Shown here: one piece after another, positions 55,648 through 64,000 of the stretch
Layout: each line of letters opens with the position of its first letter
Numbering within the stretch: the first letter of the stretch is position 1
Source: Pirellulales bacterium
GTDB lineage: Bacteria > Planctomycetota > Planctomycetia > Pirellulales > PALSA-1355
Length of the DNA: 64,000 bases
Direction: 5' to 3'
Assembly (NCBI GenBank): GCA_963733035.1
Contig: CAVTBU010000006.1
Coordinates: 128,001-192,000 of the forward strand
Position numbers and translations under genes: made by a program
The notes under the pieces: generated by a model
Database searches by the model: none
Told to the model about the DNA's origin: nothing
What the model saw: the letters and a program-made list of their open reading frames with translations, nothing else

Positions 55648-56904
55648 CTAACGGTGCAGAGCTTCGGGCTCGATGAAATGATCGACGCCGTCGGCCTTGG
55701 CAATGACGACGACTCCGCCGTCGCTGACGGTGAAGCCGCGGGCCCGGTCATGTTCGTGATCGAACCCGATTTCGGTGCCTGGGGGGATATGCACGTGCTT
55801 GTCGATGATGGCCCGCCGCACGCGGGCATGACGTCCGATGTCGACGCCATCGAGCAGAATTGAATCTTGCACGTGGGCAAAGCTGTTGACGCGAGTATTG
55901 GTCCCGAGCAGCGATCGTTCGACGGTGCCGCCGGAGATGATGGAACCCTGGCAGACGATGCTGTCGAGGGCCTGACCCCGGCGCGCGTTGAAGCCCTCCT
56001 CGGCAAACACCGACTTGGGCGGCGGAAAGTTCGGCAGGTAGGTACGGATCGGCCAATGCTCGTCGTACATATTAAGCTGGGGATCGACCGATACGAGGTC
56101 CATGTTGGCTTCGAAATAGGCATCGAGCGTGCCCACGTCGCGCCAATAGGCATCCTGTTTGCGGTTTTCGTCGCGGAACGGAAAGGCAAACACGCGGTGT
56201 GTACCGATGACGGCCGGAATGATGTTGTGGCCGAAATCGTGGCGGCTGCCGGGCCGCGTCGCATCCAGGCAGAGCTGCTCGAACAGGAATCGGGCCGTGA
56301 AAACGTAGATTCCCATCGAGGCGAAGATGTGATCTGGATCGCCTGGAATCGTCGCTGGTTCGGCCGGTTTTTCCTGAAAGCCGTGGATACGCTGATCGCT
56401 GTCGGTTTGAATGACGCCGAAATGGCGGGATTCGCTGGCCGGGGCGCGCAGGGCCCCGACCGTCAGATCGGCTGCGTTTTCTTTGTGGTATTCGACCAGT
56501 CGGCCGTAGTCCATTTTGTAAATGTGATCGCCGGCCAGGATGACGACGTATTCGGGACGCTCTTTCTCGAGCGTGTAGATATTCTGGTAGACGGCGTCAG
56601 CCGTGCCCTGGTACCAGTGCTCGTCGATGCGTTGCTGGGGGGGCACCACGTCGATCCATTCGCCCAGTTCGCGGCAGAGCAGCCTTTGCCAGCCGAGGTT
56701 GATGTGTCGGTCGAGGCTCATCGCCTTGTACTGCGTGAGCACCAACATCTTGCGGAGTCCGCTGTTGAGGCAGTTCGACAGCGTGAAGTCGATAATCCGG
56801 TACGCTCCGCCGAACGGCACGGCCGGCTTGGCCCGATCTCGCGTGAGGGGCTCCAGACGTTCTCCCTTGCCTCCCGCCAAGACCACTGCCAAGACGTTTT
56901 TCAT
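55648..56904 (-). CDS. glgC: Glucose-1-phosphate adenylyltransferase
   Basis: LAGGKGERL, RAKPAVPFGG, WYQGTADA, GDHIYKMDY and YWRDVGT motifs. Confidence 0.96.
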   Translation of the reverse strand: MKNVLAVVLAGGKGERLEPLTRDRAKPAVPFGGAYRIIDFTLSNCLNSGLRKMLVLTQYKAMSLDRHINLGWQRLLCRELGEWIDVVPPQQRIDEHWYQGTADAVYQNIYTLEKERPEYVVILAGDHIYKMDYGRLVEYHKENAADLTVGALRAPASESRHFGVIQTDSDQRIHGFQEKPAEPATIPGDPDHIFASMGIYVFTARFLFEQLCLDATRPGSRHDFGHNIIPAVIGTHRVFAFPFRDENRKQDAYWRDVGTLDAYFEANMDLVSVDPQLNMYDEHWPIRTYLPNFPPPKSVFAEEGFNARRGQALDSIVCQGSIISGGTVERSLLGTNTRVNSFAHVQDSILLDGVDIGRHARVRRAIIDKHVHIPPGTEIGFDHEHDRARGFTVSDGGVVVIAKADGVDHFIEPEALHR

Positions 56905-57025
56905 CCCGCTGCTCCTCGCAAAGGTGCTCGATGGATCTGCCGATGCGCCGATCGATGCATCTTATCCATTCGGCAAGGCCTACCCAAGAGCTTTGCCGTC
57001 GGACAGAGGGATCGCTCTTTCCCTG

Positions 57026-58991
57026 CTATGCCGGTTTTTCGGCCGCGGCTGAGGCCGACAATGCCGGTGGCGCATGGCCGTCGATCCATTGCCGGTGCCA
57101 CAGTTCGAACACGAGCAACCCCCACAAGCGATACCCGTGGTCGATTGCTCCGCTTTGGTGCTCGTCGAGCAGCTGCTCAACCGCCCCACGGCGGAAGTAG
57201 CCACGCGCGGCAGATTGCTGATCGAGGAGTACATCACGTGCATAGTCCTTGAGCTCGCCCCGAAACCACGCGGCCAGCGGCACGCCGAAGCCCATTTTGG
57301 GGCGCCGGGCGACCTCACGAGGCAACAGGTCGGGAAAGGCCCGTCGGAGAATCGCTTTTCCTCGCCCGCGATGGAATTTGTATCGCAACGGCATTCCGAT
57401 GGCCAGTTCGACCACCCGGGGGTCAAGCAGCGGTGCGCGGCACTCCAGGCCGTTGGCCATTGAAGCAATGTCCACTTTCGTCATCAGGTCGCACGGCAAA
57501 TAGGTTACCAGGTCGACCAAGCTGGCCGCCGTCACCGCATCGCGATGCCGCACGCGGTCGAAGGCATTGGCCAGGAATTCGAAGGGGTCGTGGTTCGGCA
57601 ACCGGCTCAGGAAATCCTCGCTATACAGTTCCGCCCGACGGGCTTCGTTGAACATCGAAACCCATTCGAAATAGCGACGTTGAGGTCCGAACTGGAGCGC
57701 CTCGCCAAAACGGGCCAATCGACGCAGCATGGATCGGGGCGGCTGCCTCTGACCGATACGCTGAAGTCGGCGACTGTCGAGCGCGAACTTCGACCAACCG
57801 GGCATGTGGTCGAGCCAGGCCGCCAGCCGCACCGCCCGATAGCGGTCGTAGCCGGCGAAGAGTTCATCGCCGCCGTCGCCGGTGAGCGCCACCGTGACAT
57901 ATTGGCGACTCAGTTTCGACACGTAGTATGTGGGAATGGCCGAACTATCAGCGAAGGGTTCGTCATAATGCCAGACGAGCTTGCCCAGCACTTCGACCGC
58001 GCTGGGTTCGACACGGAACTCGTGATGCTCGGTGCCCAAGCGGGCGGCCACGCGCCGGGCGTAGGCCGACTCGTCAAAGGCCTGTACCGGGAAACCGATG
58101 GAAAAGGTCTTTACCCGCTCGCGCGACAGCCGCTGCATGAGCCCCACGATTAACGACGAGTCGACGCCACCGGAAAGGAACGCGCCAAGCGGCACTTCGG
58201 CCTCGAGCCGCACTCGCACCGCCGAGGTGACGAGTTCGCGGAGCTCTTCGACGTAGTCGTCGAGCGGGCGATCAACCTGTCGGTCGAGGTCGGGATTCCA
58301 ATAGCGGTGCGTCGAGAGCCGGCCGTCGCAAAAGACCGCATGATGGCCGGGCGGCAGCTTGCAAAAGCCCTCAAAAATCGTGCGCGGGTGTGGTACGTAT
58401 TGGAGCGTTAGATACTCGTCGAGCGCCTGCGGATCGATTTTGCGCGCTAGCCCAGGTACTTCCAGCAAGCTCTTGAGCTCGCTGGCAAACAGCAGTCGAC
58501 CGGCATCGATGCGATAGTAAAGTGGCTTCTTGCCAAGTCGATCGCGCGAGGACGAGACGCCGTTGCCGCGAGTCCCAGATGGCCACGGCGAACATGCCGT
58601 TGAGGTGCGTGGCAAAATCGAGCCCCTCGTCCTCGTAGAGATGCACGATCACCTCGGTGTCGCTGCCAGTGCGGAAGCAATGGCCGGAGCCTTCCAGTCG
58701 CTTGCGAAGCTCGTGGTGGTTATAGATCTCGCCGTTGAAGACGATCCAGATCGAACCATCTTCGTTGGACATGGGTTGGTGACCGCCCGCCACGTCGATG
58801 ATCGACAAGCGGCGATGTCCGAGGGCGATGCCTGGCGTTTGACCCTGGGCGGAGTTGAGTTTCAGATCGCACGCGTAGCTACCGGCGTCGTCCGGCCCGC
58901 GATGCGCGAGCACGCCGGTCATGCGGCTAAGAACCTGGGCGTCAATTGCCGCCAGCGGGTCGGTCCAAATCGCTCCGGTGATGCCGCACAT
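57026..58991 (-). CDS. asnB: Asparagine synthase (glutamine-hydrolysing) family amidotransferase, apparent frameshift near 58548
   Basis: MCGI, HRGPD, NGEIYN, LSGGVDSS, TGDGGDE and KMGFGVP motifs. Confidence 0.92.
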
Positions 58992-59053
58992 GCCAGGCCC
59001 AGCGAGACAGGGCCGCTCCAGCGCGACCCGAGGAAGTGTACTACACCATTATT

Positions 59054-60163
59054 TCACGCCAGCAACTGGCGGTACAGTTGCACATGTTTGGCGACCATTT
59101 TCTCCGCGCTGAAGTCCGTCAGAACTCGGTGGCGGCCGGCTGCGCCGAGCCGGCGGCGTAGCGCTGGATCCTCCATGATTTTGTAGGCATAACGCGCCAG
59201 TCCGGCCCGATCGCCCAGGGGTACGAGAAATCCACCTTGGTCGCGCGTCACCAAATCCCGTGTACCGGGGATATCGGTGGCTACAACAGGAACCTCCGAG
59301 ACCATGGCTTCCATGACGACATTCGGAAGTCCTTCGCAACTACTGGCCAGCCAGAGCAGGTCGAAATGCGGCATCAGGCGCATGACGTCGTTTCGCTGGC
59401 CGAGAAAATGAACTTTATCCTCGATCAGACAGTTGTCCCGAAATCGCTCCAGGTTTTCGCGCTGCGGTCCGTCGCCAATGATCAGCAGGTGCACGTCGTT
59501 GCGAATGACCTTAAGCAGGTCGGCCGCCCAGATCAGATCCTTGATCCGCTTTCGGTGGCACAGCCGGCCGACGGCGCCGATCAGCCGCGACCCGCGCGGC
59601 ACCCCCAATTCGTCGCACAACTGGCCGTGCGTGACGTTGCTGGGCGGCGGCGGGTTGATCCCATTTTCGATGAGGCGCAGTTTCGATACGGGCATGCCCT
59701 GCTGGCGATACAATTCCTCGACGCCGTGGCAATTGACGACGATGGCATCGGAATTCCGAGCCAGCCGGCGATCGATCGCCACGTGATGCCATGACTTCCA
59801 CGGGTCGACACAAAGTTCGCTGGCCACGAGGTGCCTTACTCCAGCCGCTCGGGCCGCCGTTCGGCCGTAGGTATTGGCCGTGAACTTCCAGCTGTGCACC
59901 AGATCGGGTTGCAAGCGAGCGATGTGCCGTCGCAGTTGCCACCAGGCAAGCGGATCGTACTTCCACTGTTTGCCAATCACGGTGAGGGGGATCTGGGCGG
60001 CGCGCAAGTCCTCGACAATCGGTCCGCCGCGCGTTAGCGCGCAAACGTGAACGTCGAACTCGTCGCGCGGCAGAGCCGCGGTAAGCAATGCGAGTTGTTT
60101 CTCAGCGCCGCCTCGTGCGAGAGTGGCGATGACGTGTAGAACGCGCCGCCTCATACCGGTCAC
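59054..60163 (-). CDS. GT4 family glycosyltransferase
   Basis: GGAEKQ, VGRL and EGLPNVVMEAM motifs. Confidence 0.92.
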   Translation of the reverse strand: MTGMRRRVLHVIATLARGGAEKQLALLTAALPRDEFDVHVCALTRGGPIVEDLRAAQIPLTVIGKQWKYDPLAWWQLRRHIARLQPDLVHSWKFTANTYGRTAARAAGVRHLVASELCVDPWKSWHHVAIDRRLARNSDAIVVNCHGVEELYRQQGMPVSKLRLIENGINPPPPSNVTHGQLCDELGVPRGSRLIGAVGRLCHRKRIKDLIWAADLLKVIRNDVHLLIIGDGPQRENLERFRDNCLIEDKVHFLGQRNDVMRLMPHFDLLWLASSCEGLPNVVMEAMVSEVPVVATDIPGTRDLVTRDQGGFLVPLGDRAGLARYAYKIMEDPALRRRLGAAGRHRVLTDFSAEKMVAKHVQLYRQLLA

Positions 60164-60717
60164 TCCATCTTACCTTCGCCCGCCGCGGCCTGGGGGGCCG
60201 CCAGATCCGCGTCTTCGAGTTGGGCAAGATAGGGCAGGTTTCGATAGGCATCCTGATAGTCGAGACCGTAGCCGACGACAAAGGCGTCTGGAATATCGAA
60301 GGCGACGTGATCGGGCCGCATGGCAACTTCCTGACGTCCCTGCTTCACCAGCAGCACGGCCGAGCGGATCGATCTCGGCTCGAGCAATTTCAGTTGTTCG
60401 ACAAGCGCCGCCAACGTGCGGCCGGTATCGAAGATGTCGTCGACCAGCAGCACGTCGCGACGCTTGATCTCGGGGAGCATCGTGTCGTTGATCTGCAGCT
60501 GGCCGGGTCGGGTTGCTCCGCCGCGGTAACTGCGAGTTTGAATCACGCCCACTTGGAGAGGCATCGACAACTGCCGGATCAGATCGGCGACCAGCACCAG
60601 GCTGCCGGTCAACACACCCAGGATCGTGAGTGGTCGACCGTCGTAATAACTGTTGACCTCCTTGGCGAGCGCTTGGACGCCGATGCGGATTTCATCTTCG
60701 CTCAACAGCGGTTTCAC
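60160..60717 (-). CDS. hpt: Hypoxanthine phosphoribosyltransferase
   Basis: LLVDDIFDTGRT and FVVGYGLDY...YRNLPY motifs. Confidence 0.94.
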   Translation of the reverse strand: MKPLLSEDEIRIGVQALAKEVNSYYDGRPLTILGVLTGSLVLVADLIRQLSMPLQVGVIQTRSYRGGATRPGQLQINDTMLPEIKRRDVLLVDDIFDTGRTLAALVEQLKLLEPRSIRSAVLLVKQGRQEVAMRPDHVAFDIPDAFVVGYGLDYQDAYRNLPYLAQLEDADLAAPQAAAGEGKME

Positions 60718-60975
60718 AGTGACGACTTCCCCTCAAGGCTCGCGATTCAGTATCAAACGCGGCCCATTGTAAGACTCGGCATCGGCACCGAACAGGCGAG
60801 AAACGACGCGTTTACCTGCAATTGTCGAGCACCGGCCGATTCACGCCCTCGGACTGACCGTGTTGGCGGCAGCCCGATCGGCTGCCTATAATCGGGGACC
60901 GACGCGGTGGTTTTTCACCGGGGCTAACCGCCACGCGACCCCGAGCCCGAACGGGCTTACGAATCGGAGCGGCAC

Positions 60976-61425
60976 GTGCAAGCGAAATTAGTTGTCGTGG
61001 GTGGCGAAGACCCGGCGCGGCAGTTCGAGCTGCGCTTGCCGGCCGTCATCGGCCGCAGCCGCAGCACCGACGTGACACTGGGCAATCCGCTGATCAGCCG
61101 CCATCACTGCGAAGTATTCGAAGCCGACGGTCTCTTGATGCTTCGCGATCTCGGCTCGCTCAACGGTACGTATGTTGGCGAGACGCGCTTGTCCGCCGAA
61201 CCGATTGCTCTGGAGCCCGGCGGACAGTTTTCCATCGGGCCCATTACGCTCAAGGCCGAATACCAAACTCACGAAGTGCGGAAGAAGGACGCTGGCTGGC
61301 AATCGGGTGGTCCGACAGTCGATTCGCCGCTTTCGAGCGTGCGCGAAGGAGCCGTCGGCCCACGTCCGGATTCGGGCGATGCACCGCGGTGCGAGAGCAA
61401 GCGTCTGCCCGGCTCGAACGAATGA
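60976..61425 (+). CDS. FHA domain protein
   Basis: IGRS, ISRHHC and DLGSLNGT motifs. Confidence 0.9.
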   Translation: MQAKLVVVGGEDPARQFELRLPAVIGRSRSTDVTLGNPLISRHHCEVFEADGLLMLRDLGSLNGTYVGETRLSAEPIALEPGGQFSIGPITLKAEYQTHEVRKKDAGWQSGGPTVDSPLSSVREGAVGPRPDSGDAPRCESKRLPGSNE

Positions 61426-61469
61426 CTTGCTGCGCTCACTGGTGCTCTTGGCGGAAAGGATGCAAGGAC

Positions 61470-63482
61470 GTGCGGTTTATTCCAACTGTTCGCACTACCT
61501 CGACAGCAATTCTTTGCTGGTCGCTGATCTTTTCCACGGTGGTTTGCGCGGCCGAACCAGCGTCGGCGCCCCAGACCGCGGCCGAAAGTTCCACGCCGAA
61601 GCACACGAATCGGTTGGCGAAGGAAACAAGTCCCTATCTGCTGTTACATGCGCATAATCCAGTCGATTGGTATCCCTGGGGCGAAGAGGCACTGGCCCGA
61701 GCGAAGCGCGAGAAGAAGCCGATCTTCCTGTCGATCGGCTATTCAAGCTGTTATTGGTGCCATGTGATGGAACGCGAGTCGTTCATGGACGAAGAGATTG
61801 CTCGCAAGCTCAACGAGAACTTCGTGTGCATCAAAGTTGATCGCGAGGAGCGTCCGGACATCGATGAGATTTACATGCAGTCGTTGCATGTCTATCTGCA
61901 GCTGGTGGGCTCGAAGCAGGGGGGTGGCTGGCCGCTGTCGATGTTTTTGACGCCCGATGCCAAGCCGTTGATGGGTGGCACCTATTTTCCGCCGCACGAG
62001 AAGAACGGCATGCTCGGTTTTGGCACCGTGCTCGACCGTGTAAATGAGGCCTGGAACGCCGACCCCGAGAAATGGCAACGGACGGGCGATTCGCTGGCCG
62101 AATACGTGGCCGACAATCTTCGCCAGCGGCCCCTGTTGCGGGTGGTCAAATTCAACAAGGCGCTGCTCGACACGGTGCTGCGGGCAATGTCGGGGCAGTT
62201 CGACGACATTTATGGTGGGTTTGGTTTCGCGCCGACCAATCCGAAGCTGGCCAAATTTCCGGAACCGCCGAACCTGCGGTTTCTGATCGACTATGCCCGG
62301 CGAGCCAACGGTGGGCCGGCCGAGAAGATGCTTGCCCTGACGCTGGCGAAGATTTCTCAAGGAGGTATTCGAGATCACGTCGGGGGCGGATTTCACCGCT
62401 ACAGCACCGATCGCTACTGGCGCGTGCCGCATTTCGAAAAAATGCTCTACGACAACGGCCAGTTGCTTACCGTGTATGCACTGGCTTACGAGCTATCGCC
62501 GCGCGACGACTTTCGCCGCGTCGTCGAGGAAACGGTCGAGTTCGTGCTCCGCGAGATGACCGACGCCGGCGGTGCGTTTTACTCGGCCATTGATGCTGAA
62601 ACGAACGCCGAGGAAGGACGCTACTACGTCTGGGGTCGGGAGGAAGTCAAAAAGGTCCTGACGCCCGCTGAGTACGAACTGTGGGCGGCGGTGTACGGAA
62701 TTGTCGCCGAGCCGAACTTCGAGGGACACTATATTCCGTTGTTGGCAGCGCCGCTGGCCGCAACCGCCAAACAACGCAAGCTCTCCGAGGCCGAACTCGA
62801 CGCCAAGCTGCAGCCGATTCGAGCCAAGCTGCTCGTCGCGCGCAACGCTCGCCCTCGGCCGCTGACCGATACGAAGATCCTTACCGCCTGGAACGGCCTG
62901 ATGATCAGCGGGCTGGCCGAAGCGGGGCGGGTTCTCAAGCGGCCCGAATACGTCGCCGCGGCCGGTAAGGCGGCGGATTTCCTGCTCAACCACGCGCGTG
63001 ACGATGACGGTCGTCTAATGCGAACCTACGCGGCCGGAGCAGCCAAGATTCCCGCGTATCTGGATGACTATGCGTTCCTGGTTGACGGGCTGATCGCTTT
63101 GCACCGCGCGACTGGAGAGAATCGTTGGCTCGAAGCTGCTCGGAAGTTGACGGACGAACAGATCGATTTGTTCGCCGACGAGGCGGTCGGGGGCTTTTTC
63201 TTCACTTCCAAGCTGCACGACGAGCTCTTCGCCCGCAGCAAAGTGCCGACCGACACGGTGATGCCAGCGGGCAACTCGGTGTCGGCGAGCAACCTGCTGT
63301 ACCTGGCCGAGGCATTGGATCGGCCAGAGTATGATTCGGCTGCCGAAGGCTGCCTGCGAGCGGGGAGCCCGCTGCTCGACGAACATCCGGCCGCCGTACC
63401 GCAGCTGGCCGTGGCGCTCGCGCGTTGGCTCGAGCGGCATCCTGGCGATGGGGCGAAGCGGAACGAAAAGCCCGCCAAGTGA
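61470..63482 (+). CDS. YyaL/DUF255 thioredoxin-domain protein with probable signal peptide
   Basis: [36 protein letters not shown] and [10 protein letters not shown] motifs; GTG after AAGGA. Confidence 0.92.
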   Translation: MRFIPTVRTTSTAILCWSLIFSTVVCAAEPASAPQTAAESSTPKHTNRLAKETSPYLLLHAHNPVDWYPWGEEALARAKREKKPIFLSIGYSSCYWCHVMERESFMDEEIARKLNENFVCIKVDREERPDIDEIYMQSLHVYLQLVGSKQGGGWPLSMFLTPDAKPLMGGTYFPPHEKNGMLGFGTVLDRVNEAWNADPEKWQRTGDSLAEYVADNLRQRPLLRVVKFNKALLDTVLRAMSGQFDDIYGGFGFAPTNPKLAKFPEPPNLRFLIDYARRANGGPAEKMLALTLAKISQGGIRDHVGGGFHRYSTDRYWRVPHFEKMLYDNGQLLTVYALAYELSPRDDFRRVVEETVEFVLREMTDAGGAFYSAIDAETNAEEGRYYVWGREEVKKVLTPAEYELWAAVYGIVAEPNFEGHYIPLLAAPLAATAKQRKLSEAELDAKLQPIRAKLLVARNARPRPLTDTKILTAWNGLMISGLAEAGRVLKRPEYVAAAGKAADFLLNHARDDDGRLMRTYAAGAAKIPAYLDDYAFLVDGLIALHRATGENRWLEAARKLTDEQIDLFADEAVGGFFFTSKLHDELFARSKVPTDTVMPAGNSVSASNLLYLAEALDRPEYDSAAEGCLRAGSPLLDEHPAAVPQLAVALARWLERHPGDGAKRNEKPAK

Positions 63483-63504
63483 TGCCCGCAGGCAGATTTC
63501 CAGC

Positions 63505-63891
63505 ATGCTGCTTTTCAAGAAGAAGTTCCTGGAGGCAATTCGGGCCGGCGAAAAGACGCAGACGATTCGGCTTTGGAAACACCGCCGGATGAGAGCAGGG
63601 CAGCGAAGCTATATACCCGGCGCCGGATACATTCGCGTGCTCGCCGTCGAGCCCATCGACATCCAGCGATTGACCGACGACGACGCGCGACCGGATGGAT
63701 TCGCATCCGCCGAGTTGTTGCGCGCGGAGTTGCATGCTCTGTACGCAGAGCAGCTCGCCGCGGGAGATCGAGTTTATCGCGTCCGCTTCAAGCTGTTCTC
63801 GCCCGAGGAACAACTACGGGCGCGGGCTGAACGGCAGGCGGCCAAGCCATCGGTGGAACGGCGGCAAAAGAAACGCGCGAAGTCGTCGTGA
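63505..63891 (+). CDS. ASCH domain protein
   Basis: MLLFKKKFLEAIRAGEKTQTIR...DARPDGF motif. Confidence 0.85.
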   Translation: MLLFKKKFLEAIRAGEKTQTIRLWKHRRMRAGQRSYIPGAGYIRVLAVEPIDIQRLTDDDARPDGFASAELLRAELHALYAEQLAAGDRVYRVRFKLFSPEEQLRARAERQAAKPSVERRQKKRAKSS

Positions 63892-64000
63892 GATCGCTAC
63901 GGATGCAGCATCCGCTCGATCCCCTGGGCAATCGTTTGCGGATCGTCGACGACCCAAAAAGCGAGCCCGGCCAGCATCATGGCGCCTGTGAGCAGCATCC

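Overview
GC-rich bacterial chromosomal window, almost certainly from a planctomycete (DUF1559 prepilin-type protein with an H-X9-DG motif, PEP-CTERM proteins, typical planctomycete hypotheticals). It has about 50 protein-coding genes. Housekeeping genes include gyrA, mreB, a class B PBP, lnt, gltBD with a LysR regulator, ugd, glgC, hpt, trpG/pabA, moeA and rsmD. Other loci are a TetR-etfBA-FadF-two acyl-CoA dehydrogenase operon, an NMT1/THI5-type ABC transporter with a CDF exporter, and a sigma54 two-component system. About 13 single-base frameshifts, several in essential genes and mostly at short runs or repeats, point to uncorrected long-read errors rather than real pseudogenes. I saw no rRNA, tRNA, CRISPR array or mobile element. 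Best leads: (1) a putative metal-responsive locus: sigma70 promoter, structured 200-nt leader, Cys/His-rich protein ending PPPRA, DUF1559 protein, two His-first PEP-CTERM proteins and a terminator; (2) a Pro-rich peptide ending PQPKA paired with an uncharacterised HELxKG protein; (3) an MreC-like coiled-coil/beta protein and a small membrane protein upstream of mreB-pbp2; (4) a rod-shaped 6S-like RNA candidate at about 55.2-55.5 kb. All family assignments come from motif recognition, not database searches.
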